DNA from: Eledone cirrhosa
Lineage: Eukaryota
DNA: 64,000 nucleotides
Reading direction: 5' to 3'
Assembly (NCBI GenBank): GCA_964016885.1
Contig: OZ024740.1
Span: 410,068,001-410,132,000, forward strand
Shown here: piece after piece, positions 40,651 to 53,234 of the stretch
Position numbering within the stretch: position 1 is the stretch's first letter
How the letters are laid out: the number at the start of each line of letters is the position of its first letter
The notes under the pieces: generated by a model
Databases searched by the model: none
What the model saw: the letters and a program-made list of their open reading frames with translations, nothing else
What the model was told of the DNA's origin: nothing
Translations under genes and position numbers: made by a program

Positions 40651-41607
40651 ACTAGACATGAAAAATGCGCAAGCTCAAAAGTGCCACAGAATGTTATAAT
40701 AAACCTTCAAAAGTGTGGGACTAGAGTTGTTGCTAAAAAATATTGTAATCGTTATATATCGTACATTCTGTGGCATCCTTTATAAAAATAGCTTAAACCA
40801 ACGAAGCCTTTATTTTTACGCTATTTCACTTAGTTAATTCTTAGAGTGTAACATATAAAAATAAATACATCTATGTTTAATGTAATAACAGCTATAAATA
40901 ATTACGTAATATTATTATCATATACTCATAGTAACAAAATAATTGTGTTGAAAATTAATATGATGCTTATATGAACGATCAAATCTATAATGATAATTTC
41001 TTTAATATACTAATAGTAAAATAATTTAGTTATCTATTGTTACATTTTCATAGAACTATAATATTAACAATCGTATTGCATTATCAAATTTTTATCACTA
41101 CAAACTTTCATATTGGAATTACCTTAAGCCACTTATTATTACTTCGCTTTCGTACTTTTACAGCTGTAGATATTGCGCTGTATCTTATATCTAATATCAA
41201 TATCTCATGGTAATTTGCATGCAGTGTAAAATAGGTTTATTAATAACTTTAATATGAAATGTATTATACAGAGCTGCGGAGTCGGCCAAAAATTGACTGG
41301 CTCCAACTCAGGATCCGATACTCCATTATTTCCTAAATTTCAGCTCCGCAGCTCTGTTATTATATTAATTAATTTATTTTATAGTTGTAAATCATATTTT
41401 TATATGTTACACTCTAAGAATTAACTAAGTGAAATAGCGTAAAAATAAAGGCTTCGTTGGTTTAAGCTATTTTTATAAAGGATGCCACAGAATGTACGAT
41501 ATATAATGATTACAATATTTTTTAGCAACAACTCTAGTCCCACACTTTTGAAGGTTTATTATAACATTCTGTGGCACTTTTGAGCTTGCGCATTTTTCAT
41601 GTCTAGT
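40651..41607. repeat. Inverted repeat with ~210-bp arms and ~530-bp spacer (MITE or fold-back)
   Basis: 40651-40863 is the near-perfect reverse complement of 41395-41607. Confidence 0.9.
41269..41356. mobile_element. 88-bp hAT-type MITE
   Basis: 13-bp TIR CAGAGCTGCGGAG/CTCCGCAGCTCTG; 8-bp TSD GTATTATA/TTATTATA (7 of 8 match). Confidence 0.8.
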
Positions 41608-42514
41608 ATATATATCTTTAGCTTTGTGAAGAAAAGTGGATGGATAGTAAGCGAAAACCTCACGCAAATCGACATGTAGTCAGGCGAAGTCAGTATGGAT
41701 TTACAAGATCTTATGATCCATCAGCAGTGACAGTGATGGGGAAATAGAAAAGAGCGGTGGATAGCAGTAAGAATAGCATGTAACTGTGACTCCAATCCCA
41801 TAAGAGTCTCAAGTGTTTGGTTTGTCTTCGGTCTTAGAAGCAAATGAGCAAGAATCGTCCTTTCCTACAACCAACAGCCCTACCACGTACTTTTGTGACA
41901 ATGAGGACGCAATAGAGACCGGAGAGAAGAGGAGAAAAGGAAAAAAGGAGAAAAAGTTGAACAGGTCAACCCAACTGGAAGTCACGTAAAACGAAACGCA
42001 ACCAGAAGTTGACAAAGAAACATTTTTGATTTGTCGCATGCAAAGTATATTAATGGACACTTGTGGATGTATAAAGCTCCAGTGAATAAAATGGATAGCA
42101 GGCGGAGACACGAGGCTTTCTAATTCGTCCTAAGCAGTAGGTTCTCACCGGTATGCGTGTGGAAACTGTAAATGTTTTGTATTGACCTTACCTTACTTAA
42201 TATCTTATTTCATTAATCATGTTTTCTCCCTACTTATCTATTTATTACATGGCCTTGGTCTAGTTACGAAATCTTCAAAGACAAAAAGGATGAAATTATA
42301 TCAATCCACCCAATTAAAGTTTAGAAGGACAAATAATAAACATTGATCACTTCAAGTACTTGAGGTAAACTTGAGGTAAACAGTGTTAAACTTGATGGTA
42401 AGGTTACAATTTATCAATGGCTTTTAAAAGAATAAGAATTGCCAGATTTTCACCTATCAATCTATACTTCCACCAATCGATTTTCTATTCACCCATCTAT
42501 CCATCTGTCTATAC

Positions 42515-45500
42515 CCGGAGGGTCGACTAGTGGTTCTGGACCTTGGCAGTGGTAAAGGCGGAGCGTTTAGGTTGGTAGCCGCCTACGGCACTTTCGGGTC
42601 AATGCGGCCGGACTTCTTCCATCGTCTGGAGACTTTTCTGGGGACGTCCCGCTCCTTGCTATTAGTGGGGGACTGGAATGGTATCCTAGATGCACGCTGG
42701 GACTACGTAGGGGCCTGCCCCGATAGAGAGGGGTGTAATAGCCTCAAAGGGTTAATCGGTCGATTTGACCTGGCCGATAGATATCGACTAGATTTTCCGA
42801 CTGCGCCAACCTGGACTTGGGCAAATCGTAGCGGATCATCTAGGTCGTACCTAGATAGGTTCTTAGTTAGAATTAAGGATAAGGACTTTTTAAGTTGTCA
42901 AAAATGCGCATGGTTGGCTATTCAGACCACAAATTAGTGACCTGCATGGTCAACCTTGATAGAACTCATAGACAGGGCCCCGGTTACTGGAAGCTCAACT
43001 TGTCCTTGCCGGCAAGTAGAGCCTACAGGAATCGGATTAGTACGTTAGTTAAGGAACGGTTGACTGGAGCGATCGTCAACAGCAGGTGGTGGGTATCTCT
43101 AAAGAGAGAGATTAGAGTAGTCTCGATAGAATTTAGTAAGGTTCTAGCTGCGGATAGGAATAGGAAGGAAAGGGAGCTAATAAATAGAGTAGAAGAGGCA
43201 ATTAGAAGCGGCGACGTGGCCAGAGTGCTAGCGTCGAGAACGGCTTTGAGCCAGTTTTTCGACGCGAAGCACGAAGGCTGCGTTGTCCGAAGTAAAATAC
43301 GTGCTCTAGGGAACGAGGGGACCAAAGCTGTTAGCTGGGCCCGCGTGACAGAGGCCAACAGTGGAACTAAATCCACCATCCGGTCTTTGCGAGACCTGGA
43401 TGGACGGGCGATTCTTGAGCCTAAGCAGATGTGTGAGGCCTTTCAAAGGCACTTTGCCCGACTGTTCGGGAGGGGCGGGGAGCCGGTTGGGAACGTGGAC
43501 TTCGGTCCATACCTCGACGGCCTGCCGCGCCTCTCGGACAGGGAGGCGAAGTCCTGCGAGGAGCCGATTTCGGCCGCTGAGATAGAGGACGTGCTGAGCC
43601 AATGCGGCAAACGCAAATCCCCGGGTCTCGATGGTCTTCCTTACGAATTATATCTAGCTATGCCGGACTTGTTCCCCGATCTCCTCGAGGCGGTCTACTG
43701 CAACTGGCAACAGAACGGGAGAATTCCCTGTACTGTGACCAAGGGTGTAGTCACGCTAGTGAGGAAGGACGAGAACAAGGGGGACGAAATAAGTAACTTC
43801 AGGCCCATAACTCTGCTAAATACAGAGTTACAGATTTTGGCCAAGGTGCTAGCAAAGAGATTGGCGCTTGTCGTGGGCAACCTGGTGGGAGATGCGCAGA
43901 CATGCGCTATCCCGTCCAGGTCCATCCATGACAACCTCCACCTCATGCGATACATCATAGAGAGGGTTGGGAACGAACCCGGCTTTGGTGGGGCTCTGAT
44001 CAACTTGGATCAATCTAAGGCGTTCGATAGGGTCGACCATGGTTACCTGGATGCGGTGCTAGCGGCGGCAGGCTTCGGACCCGTTTTCAGGGGCTGGATC
44101 ACTGCTATGCACAGCAGCCGCATCTGCTCTAGGGTCAAGGTGAACGGCTACCTCTCGGGGCCGTTCAAAATCGCGCGGTCCATCCGACAAGGGTGCCCTC
44201 TCTCCTCCCTTCTGTATGTGTTGACTCTCGAGCCACTACTGCGGAAGTTGGAGTTGTTGCAGGGCATCCCTTTGGAACCGGGATTGCGGAAAGCGGTGTC
44301 GGCCTACGCCGATGACGTGACAGTAATGGTGTCGACGGCCTCCGAAATCGAGGCGATCGGCACCTTACTGGAGGAGTACGAAAAGTTCACAGGGGCTAAG
44401 TTGAACCGGGACAAGTCGATCGGTTTGCAACTCGGCACGTGGAGGGGCAGACCGATGCCCTCCGATGGCGTCGTCGGACGCTGGACGGAGGGCCCGGTGA
44501 AGTTGCTCGGGGTCTGGTTCGGACCGGACCTCCAGGTGGAGAAAAACTGGGCGGAGGTTACGAACAGGGTGTTTGCACTGACCCAGAAGTGGGCCAGTTG
44601 CAAACTATCCCTGAAAGGTCGGGCGGAGGTGGCGAACACCTACATAGCGTCCGTTATCTACTACCGCCTGACCGTAGTGCCCTGCCCAAGGGAAACCCTC
44701 ACCAAGATGGAGCGCGCGCTCTTCCAATTCCTTTGGAAGAGGCGGGCTCCTATGGTGAGGAGATCCATCTGCTGTCAACACCCTTCGAAAGGAGGGCTGG
44801 GGATGCCGTGGCTAATGATGCGTAAACACGCATTAAGGCTATGGTACCTCTACGTATTCCTCACCGGACAACCGGTGTGGGCCTCGTTTGTGAGACGAAC
44901 CTTTCCCAGACTCGTCTCACTCACCGAGCTGCAATCCTGGGTCAAGCAAAGACCGAGAAAACTGGGCGCCTGGCACACTGAGTGTGCCCAGACGCTCACC
45001 GCCCTCTGGCAGGCGGATCCGGTTATCAGTGGAGACTCTACCGCAACATTCTATAGAGGGCTGGTACGCAGCAGGTGCGACGACGCCCTCGGAGAAGCCC
45101 TAGACATGGAGGAGGACGAACTGGCCGGCCTGTTCGGTAGGACATTCAGCCCGGGACCTATGGACAACTTCCAGAAGTCCCTGGCCTGGCAGTGCTACCG
45201 AGGAGCTTTACCCGTTCGAGAAAGGCTCTACAGACACGGGCGCCCGGGTAGGGACCCCGCCAAAAAGATCTGTCCCAGATGCGTGTGCGACGAGGAAACC
45301 GTTGCACACGCATTGGTACACTGCTCGGGCGTAGCCGATCTGTGGGGCTATGTCGAACAACTGCTGTCAAGGGTGGGACCGATCCGGTTGACCACCGAGT
45401 CTATTGTAATGATCAAGCCGCCTCCCCCCTTCAAAGATGAAGCAGAGGCGGTGTTTCTGTGCGTAATAGCCATGGCGAAAGAGGTTGTATGGTGGACGCG

Positions 45501-46005
45501 TCTGAAAGGACTGAGGTCAGGCACCTTTCTCTCTGGCCAACAACTGGTCCGTTTCTTCCGATATCATTTCGGAAGAAGGATCAGGATGGAGAGAGAGGTG
45601 CTGCACCCCAGTCGTTTTTATGAAAGGTGGGTGAAAGTGGCGAGAATGGCCCGTGTGAATGGGCCTTCTCTTTACATGAGCCTGTAGGTGGAAGAGAGGA
45701 AGGAACGAGGGAGCACCCCCTCTCTGTGCTCCTGAGGAAAAGGGTTGCACACTTTTTTCGGGGGTGTGTGCGACCCCCCAAGGCGCCTCCTCTCTATTGA
45801 GGATTTTGTTATAAATTTTATTTTTTGTTATATTTTATAACAAAATCCTCTATTGAGGATTTTGTTATAATTCTATTTTTTGTTATATTTTATTTTATTT
45901 TTATATATTGTTATTGCCTCCTCCCTATTGAGGACGCCTTGTTTTGTAAACTCCCCCCATTGTACTTGTCCCACTTTTGATACCCTTGTGGCAAATAAAA
46001 GAAAC
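42515..46005 (+). mobile_element. Tx1/L1-clade non-LTR retrotransposon, 5'-truncated within the APE domain
   Basis: GC-rich island; APE (VGDWN, SYLDRF, SDH), RT and CCHC; 3' UTR ends AATAAAAGAAAC then (TATC)n. Confidence 0.93.
42895..45687 (+). CDS. Tx1-like ORF2 (end of APE, RT, zf-RVT), 930 aa open; upstream APE part 42530-42937 in another frame
   Basis: PGYWKLN, KSPGLDG, NFRPITLLN, DQSKAFDRV, RQGCPLS, YADD, LLGVWF, GGLG, CPRC..ETVAHALVHC. Confidence 0.92.
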   Translation: MSKMRMVGYSDHKLVTCMVNLDRTHRQGPGYWKLNLSLPASRAYRNRISTLVKERLTGAIVNSRWWVSLKREIRVVSIEFSKVLAADRNRKERELINRVEEAIRSGDVARVLASRTALSQFFDAKHEGCVVRSKIRALGNEGTKAVSWARVTEANSGTKSTIRSLRDLDGRAILEPKQMCEAFQRHFARLFGRGGEPVGNVDFGPYLDGLPRLSDREAKSCEEPISAAEIEDVLSQCGKRKSPGLDGLPYELYLAMPDLFPDLLEAVYCNWQQNGRIPCTVTKGVVTLVRKDENKGDEISNFRPITLLNTELQILAKVLAKRLALVVGNLVGDAQTCAIPSRSIHDNLHLMRYIIERVGNEPGFGGALINLDQSKAFDRVDHGYLDAVLAAAGFGPVFRGWITAMHSSRICSRVKVNGYLSGPFKIARSIRQGCPLSSLLYVLTLEPLLRKLELLQGIPLEPGLRKAVSAYADDVTVMVSTASEIEAIGTLLEEYEKFTGAKLNRDKSIGLQLGTWRGRPMPSDGVVGRWTEGPVKLLGVWFGPDLQVEKNWAEVTNRVFALTQKWASCKLSLKGRAEVANTYIASVIYYRLTVVPCPRETLTKMERALFQFLWKRRAPMVRRSICCQHPSKGGLGMPWLMMRKHALRLWYLYVFLTGQPVWASFVRRTFPRLVSLTELQSWVKQRPRKLGAWHTECAQTLTALWQADPVISGDSTATFYRGLVRSRCDDALGEALDMEEDELAGLFGRTFSPGPMDNFQKSLAWQCYRGALPVRERLYRHGRPGRDPAKKICPRCVCDEETVAHALVHCSGVADLWGYVEQLLSRVGPIRLTTESIVMIKPPPPFKDEAEAVFLCVIAMAKEVVWWTRLKGLRSGTFLSGQQLVRFFRYHFGRRIRMEREVLHPSRFYERWVKVARMARVNGPSLYMSL

Positions 46006-46006
46006 A

Positions 46007-46065
<59 letters not shown>

Positions 46066-46156
46066 ACATCCATTTATGTATGTATGTATGTATGTATGTA
46101 TGTATGTATGTATGTATGTATGTATGTATGTATGTATGTATGATTGTATGTATGTA

Positions 46157-46620
46157 TGTTTTGTACCAGAGTTTTCAACTCGCTGGCTGGACTAAAAAAT
46201 CACACTCGTTCAGCACATCGTTAGGGGTTCTCCTACATGGATATAAAGTAGTGGCTCTACTCGAAAACGAGTTGGCAGCCACCATGTATGTATGTATGTA
46301 TGTATGTATGTATGTATGTATGTATGTATGTATGTATGTATGTATGTATGTATGTCAGGTCACCAGTTGGTGCTACTGGTAACATGTATCCCAGTACAAC
46401 CTGTCTTATGGTCGGGTCGTTGGCGACTAAACTGGCAACCCCACCAAGGTTTCTTGGTGAGGAGGGTGACTTTGGACATCCTGCAGGACTAAAAACAAAA
46501 CCTGTCAAAGGGCAAAGGAGCTCTTAAGAGTCAATGGCCATCCAAAATCACCGGGAGAGATGACCCCTTAGCCTTTGCCAAGGCAGAATTCTAGGAGAAG
46601 GAAAACTCTGATATAACACC
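46157..46620 (+). mobile_element. Two pieces of the non-autonomous RTE derivative (3' piece 46157-46285; internally deleted copy 46354-46620), each with (TATG)n tail
   Basis: Match to parts of 51424-52018. Confidence 0.85.
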
Positions 46621-46708
46621 ATGTATGTATGTATGTATGTATGTATGTATGTATGTATGTATGTATGTATGTATGTATGTATGTATGTATGTATGTATGT
46701 ATGTATGT

Positions 46709-49700
46709 TCTTATGATTTTATAATTTCACAAAGTTTTACCAATAGAGAGAGAGTCGGTTTCTAACCAACTAGGTATATATGTATGTATGCATGCATGTG
46801 TAGATATGGATGTTATTGTATGTGTGGATGTGTATGTCTTGAGTTGTATGTGTGCATGTGTATATGCTTTGTATCTGTACATGTATATATGCAGTTATTA
46901 GATGCAAAATGTTTGGAATCTTTTACATATTTTTACTGTTCCATTAATGGATTGTACTTGTAATTTCCTAACTAGTTGTGTTCTTTCTGTTCCTGTGAAG
47001 CCTAGCTTCTCAAGATTTGTATTGAGGCAGTTACTAACATACCCCAGTGCCCCAATAATCACAGGCATAAATCTGAAGGTGTAATCACGGTGGAGTATCT
47101 ACAGATTTCTCATCAGTTCTGCATAAATATTCTCCTTTTCACTAATCTTTGATATTATATTGGCATCTGCTGGGCAGTTAATTTCCACTACTGTGCATGT
47201 TTTCTTCTCCCTGTCCCATATCATAATATCTGGTCTGTTATGCCTGCATTTTATTGGGTTTTTTACTGGAACATTCCACCGGTACTCTTTCATATTATGT
47301 ACATGGATGTCTTCCACATTGTTGTAGCTTTTAATGTGTTTATTATCGGGGCTATCTTTTTTACAAACTGCATTGTACAGTGTTTTGCCCACTACATCAT
47401 GCCTCATAGGTAGATAGTACCGCGATGACATCTTTGGACAGCTGCTGATAACATGGGTGATATCCTCGATGTTAGTTCTGCAGAGTCTGCACTTGTTATC
47501 ACATCTAGGTGTTTTGCCTGCATCCCTATCTCTTTTGTGAATCAGGTATTTCGAGCTAATCTCCTGTTCCTGGATTGCAAAAGCGTATCCTTCAAAGTGG
47601 GAGCCAATATAGCGGTTGTTGGTCCAAGATAGACAACTTTCCTTATCTCTATTACTCGCACTCTGGAGCTTCTTGGCAACATATCCATGCATGATTTTTT
47701 GCTGATAAGCATGCAGTTTTTCATCCATGGATTCACTGCGATACTGCTGAGCGACATCCCTGGGTGTGAGTTTTTGATTATCACACAGGGAATATCTCTC
47801 ATGGAGTTCCTTCCCGACCCTCATGATCTTATCTGTTTCATGCAGATAGACTTGCTCGAGAGACGGGCTCCTACACTTCGAGGTTCGTAGATGTTGTCGG
47901 AGGGATATGATGCGACATTCAAATGTCGTCTGGACAGATGTTAAGCCTCTGCCTGTCTGCTTACGTTTCAAGTAAAGGCGGTCTATGTCACTGTTGATGT
48001 GGAAGTTTCCGGTGTTCAGTATTTTTCGAGTTCCAACATCAACTGCTCGGATTTCGTCTATCGTCCAATTGAGTATTCCAAACGTTGGTGTTAGGACAGG
48101 CACAGCAAACACATTATGAGCCGCTGTTTTGTTTTGCGCAGAGAGTTCTGATGAACATATCTTTCTTAATCGGGTGTAGTATTCCCTGGTTACGCGTTCT
48201 TTATTACAGATACCATTATAGGATATGTTCTCATCTATCCCCAGGTATCTGTAGCAATCCTCATCAGATATCGGTGAAACAGTTAGGCTATTGATGACAA
48301 TGTTGCTAGATTGGGTTGTTATTTTTCCCCGCTTTACAGTCATGTATGAGTATTTATCTTGGCCAAACTCCATTCCTATATCCTTTGAGAACGTTGTAAC
48401 CAGGTCAAGATTTTTCTTCATCCCATCCATGTTCTTGGCATAGAGTTTCAGATCGTCCACAAAGAAATTATGGGTTAGGTTCGTATTTCTGTCCTCCTGT
48501 GAGCCAATGATGTATCCCTCACATTTTTTGAGCAGAAAGGACAAGGGGTTTAATGACAAGATGAACAATATCACAGAGAAACTGTCCCCCTGAAATATAC
48601 CCCTGCAATATTTTATTTTATCAGTGAAAATAGAGTCCTCCCTCTCTGTCTTTAACCTTAGGATAGTAGCCCAACAAGAAGACAGCCTCTCTATGGCTCT
48701 GACAATAATGTCTGGAACTTTAGCAAGTTGGAGGGCCTCTATCATCCAAGAGTGCGGAACAGAACCGAAAGCTTTCCTGTAGTCCAGCCAGACTGTAGTC
48801 ATATTCCTCCTAAGTTGTCGCACCTCCGACATCGCAGTTTTGTTGATTAGGAGTTGTTCAGCACATCCCCAAACCCCTTTCTTTCCAGCTGCTTGTTCAT
48901 CTGTGATGATGTTATTATTTTCACAGTGATCTTGGAGGAATAGGTTCAGACAGGCTGTATACATCTTATACATCAGGTTCTGGCATGCAATGGATCGGTA
49001 GTTTTTGCCAAGTGGGTGTCTTTGTTCTTGGGGACCAGTAATGTTTGTGCTAATGTCAACCATTCTGGTATAAGTGTATCTCCCTTAAGAACTTGTTGTC
49101 AGTAAGATACCTCCGATAGAATATCAGTTTTTTGTACCAGTAGCCGACAATCATGTCTCTTCCTGGTGTTTTCTTATCTTGGAGTTTTCCTATCACAGTC
49201 TCAAGGGTACCCTCACTTATTTCGTATGTTTTTGTTGTAGTGTAGGAGCAATAGTTCTTTCGGATTCCTCTTAGCCACACTGCATCTTGGTTGAAATTCT
49301 TCTTTTCACCCCATATTTTGCTCCAAAAGGAATCTATGTCTTTCTGGGATGGGGCCTCAGTGACGCTTATTATTTTGCCCTTCATATCTCTATAGACTGA
49401 TGTTTGGTTTCGTCTGAATCTTTTATTAAGCACTTTTCTCTCATCTACCTTCTTCAGGTATCGGCGTTTTTCGCTAACAGCTTTCAATTCTTGTTTGAGG
49501 GTGATCAGCTTATATTGGAGAGTTTTGGTTCTACTGTTACCAAACATCGTCTCTATTTTATTTTTCACTCTTTGTTGGTGAGGAGTGAGGTTTTTGTGTT
49601 TGTTTTCATGTAAGGAGCATTGTCAAATATCCTATGTTTTTTCGTAGGTCAGCAATCTTTTTTTCTATTTTAGTTATATATGATGGTATTTTTGGTGGTG

Positions 49701-50760
49701 TTTTGTTCTTGTTAATATCTCTGCTATCACCAAGATAATGCTTCACTGTCGTTGCTAAGGCATATAAACAGGCGTTGGCCAAAATGTTGGGGTTTTTATC
49801 CGTCGTAAATATTCATCTCCTATTTCGTCAATATCACGTAGTATTTCATTATTTGGTTTTTTATTCAACATTGTCGTTTTAACACGTTCAGCAAGAGAGA
49901 TATTTATACATGAGTTAATTTCTCTCTGGAAGATTTCGTTAAGGGAAATTTTCAATTGTTTATACTTTTGATTATCATTATCGATAGTATTTTCCACAAC
50001 AGTCGAGGTAGACTCGGATGGTACACGTGGTGTCACATTTATTCGATTATTATTATTATCGATAGTGTTTTCCCCAGCATTCGAGGTAGACTTAGATGGT
50101 ACAGGTGGTGTCAAGTTTCTTACAGGCATAGTTGTTTCAAGGCGCTGTTCGACCTGGCTGCTAGGAAGTCTAGTAGCATGGCAACCTGTAGCACGTGTTG
50201 TTGATAACATATTTGTTGTTGGGGATTTACAATTAATAATATTTATCTTATTTTTACGTCCAACAAACGTCGCTTGTTGGCGTAATTGTTGCGCTGTGAA
50301 ATAATTTAGCTCTAGGTGCATTTCGTCCCAGTGTAGCTTCATTCTATTCATATAGCCAATGGAGGGATTGTTTTTTGTCATTTTATAACAATTAAATAAA
50401 TCATTATTAAGTTCGCAACTCCAAGAGAAATGCGATTTATAATTTCGGTTTCTTCTGTAGCTACAACTGAATAAAGTTTGATTACCTTCCTTGTTATTTG
50501 TCTTCGGTACTTCCTCAATCTTTTTGTTGATGTTGTGTTCAGCCATGCTGTTTGTAGCAAATCCTTGTAAAATGAATTATGTATTTAGTCGGATATCTCT
50601 ACGAATTCGAATAAAAGGTGTCTTCAGAAGGGATAGTTAGAAGAATAACCAGTTATTCAACCTGACTGTAGTTGTGGCATTACTGTCGGAGATAGTATTC
50701 ATCTTAAATTTAATAAATAGTCTCCCACGCCAAAATATGCGACTGATCGCGTTGACTGTC
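46709..50760 (-). mobile_element. Near-full-length R4/Dong-like RLE retrotransposon, frameshifted
   Basis: ORF pieces 49755-50546, 49056-49568, 47099-49063: FVDD RT, CRLC..HVISSC, RHD, RPDI..VVEINCP..K..Y endonuclease; (CATA)n on both sides in element sense. Confidence 0.93.
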
Positions 50761-50792
<32 letters not shown>

Positions 50793-50830
50793 TGTATGTA
50801 TGTATGTATGTATGTATGTATGTATGTATG

Positions 50831-50864
<34 letters not shown>

Positions 50865-50896
50865 TGTATGTATGTATGTATGTATGTATGTATTTA

Positions 50897-51390
50897 CGTC
50901 AGGTCGCTCTCGAGTGCTACTGGTAACATGTAACCCAGTACAACCTCTCTCATGGTCAGGTCGTGGGCGACTAAACCGGTGATATTTGGACACCCTGCGG
51001 GATGAAATACAAGACCCGGCAAAGGGCAGAGGAACTCAGCAGTGTCAACGGCCATTCAAATAGTACTTTTTTTTCGCCTGGGAGTGAAAGGCCCCCAGTT
51101 GTTGTTACAACACCTTTCTAAGAGAGGGGAACTCTGAAAAAAACAACCTGCGGCTTCGGCAGCATCCGATGATGTTGACCAGATCTCCGTTTCGGGTAGT
51201 GTTTTCGATGCACAGAAAGTGGGATTAGTCGAGTGCAAGGCCTTCCCCCACTTAAAAAACCTTCTAAGCACAGGCATTGCTTGTTCAGGGTCTGTTACAG
51301 GTTCGTGTGGCTAGCCGTAGCCTAAAGGTGCACCATTTTCTGTAATCTGACAAGCGATTGCAATACTCTTAGCAGAGTTTGCAGCTATCA
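50897..51390 (+). mobile_element. RTE-type 5' UTR fragment, second subfamily
   Basis: Homologous start GTCAGGTC..GTGCTACTGGTAACATGTA.CCCAGTACAACC..GGCGACTAAAC; flanked by (TATG)n. Confidence 0.7.
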
Positions 51391-51423
51391 TGTTTGTATG
51401 TATGTATGTATGTATGTATGTAT

Positions 51424-52120
51424 GTCAGGTCACCAGTTGGTGCTACTGGTAACATGTATCCCAGTACAACCTGTCTCATGGTCGGGTCGTTGGCGACTAA
51501 ACTGGCAACCCCACCAAGGTTTCTTGGTGAGGCGGGTGACTTTGGACATCCTGCAGGACTAAAAACAAAACCTGTCAAAGGGCAAAGGAGCTCTTAAGAG
51601 TCAATGGCCATCCAAAATCACCGGGAGAGATGACCCCTTAGCCTTTGTCAGGGCAGAATTCTAGGAGAAGGAAAACTCTGATATAGAACCTGCAACCGTG
51701 ATGGTATCCAATGATGTTGACTTGTTCTTCTTTTTGGTAAATATCATCTTGGTTAAGAGAGTGGGACTGGCTTTGTGCAGTGCCTTTGCTCACGGCACAG
51801 GCATTGCTTTATATCTGGAGATCTCTCTGCACTTGTCATCACATGGTACCATGGGCCCAGCACTATGTGTCAGTAATTGTCACAAGTGTAGTGTTTGTAC
51901 CAGAGTGTTCAAGTCGCTGGCTGGACTAAAACGTCACACTCGTTCAGCCCATCAGTAGGGGTTCTCCTACATGGATATAAAGTAGTGGCCGTACTCTAAA
52001 ACGAGTTGGCAACCACCATGTATGTATGTATGTATGTATGTATGTATGTATGTATGTATGTATGTATGTATGTATGTATGTATGTATGTATGTATGTATG
52101 TATGTATGTATGTATGTATG
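51424..52120 (+). mobile_element. Bipartite non-autonomous RTE derivative (~595 bp + (TATG)n tail), most complete copy
   Basis: 5' UTR fused to a 3' end that retains a C2H2 remnant CSVCTRVFKSLAGLKRH; further copies at 46157-46620 and 53235-54209. Confidence 0.8.
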
Positions 52121-52149
52121 CGATCATTCTACACATTATCTAGTACCAT

Positions 52150-52660
52150 AGGGTCCTCCTATGGTGCTGACATGCAACGTCTGTGCGAGACTCTGCCTAA
52201 GCAAAGCTGGACTCGAAAGTCATCTTCGCAGTCATAAAGTAAGACCAGTGGTTGACCAGGCTGCTGTTGGAGATGCTACTCATCATGCTTGCCAAGCATG
52301 TGGTAGAGAATGTAAATCAGCAGGAGGGCTCAAACGACATGCAAAAGTACATGAACTCCAACCACAGCCGGCTATTCCCAGTGAATATTTTGGTTGCCGA
52401 CTCTGTGCAAGACATTTTAGATCATTGGCTGGGCTAAAAAGCCACATTCGATCGCAGAGCTGTTAATTGCTATCGTGTGTGTGTGTGTGTATAGATGTGT
52501 TTATGTGTGCGCGTCTGTGTATATATATATATGCATATTATTATCGTTGTTGTTGTCGTTATTATTATTGTTATTAATATATATATATATATATTTTTTT
52601 TCTCGTGCAATGGCCATACTCGATAACGAGGGGGCAGCCATCATGTATGTATGTATGTAA
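52150..52660 (+). mobile_element. 5'-truncated RTE-clade LINE 3' end with three C2H2-like fingers
   Basis: CNVCARLCLSKAGLESHLRSH, CQACGRECKSAGGLKRHAKVH, CRLCARHFRSLAGLKSH; 3' end CTCGATAACGAGGGGGCAGCCATCATGTATG. Confidence 0.75.
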
Positions 52661-53234
52661 GTATGTATGTATGTCAACATATGTGTCTAACATACTCTTT
52701 TCTATATCTAAATGTTTATATATGAAGTGGTATGGATATTTACGAGCGATCTCAGTTATTTTTTTACAAATGAAAAACAAAAGAACCTAGGCCTGTGTAT
52801 TTACATACGCACACAGATAAATGTATTTACGCATATATGTATAAACGTCATATTTCCTCTTCTACTTGAACTTGGCGTTATAAATTGTTGAAGAGAATAT
52901 AATTATAAGAACAATTGTGTTAAATATTTAAAATTGTAATTAAGACAGCGTTATCCTGGGAGAATGGACAACTGTTATAATGCAGTAAAAACCATAATTC
53001 GACTATTTTCATACATACATACGTATGTTCATACATACATACGTACGTTCATACATACATACGTACGTTCATACATACATACATACATACATACATACAT
53101 ACATACATACATACATACATACATACATACATACATACATACATACATACATACTTACGTACATACGTACTTACGTACTTACATACATAAATGAATACAA
53201 ACATACATAGTACATACATACATACATACATACA

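Noticed and set aside
46354-46440. HDV-like ribozyme at the RTE-type 5' end (also 50897, 51424)
   Set aside because: P2 (CCAGT/ACTGG), a P4-like hairpin and CTAA fit, but I could not build P1 or P3; unsupported without a covariance search.
52161-52466. Host C2H2 zinc-finger gene
   Set aside because: No TGEKP linkers; the fingers are of the RTE C-terminal type and are followed by the RTE 3' end and (TATG)n tail.
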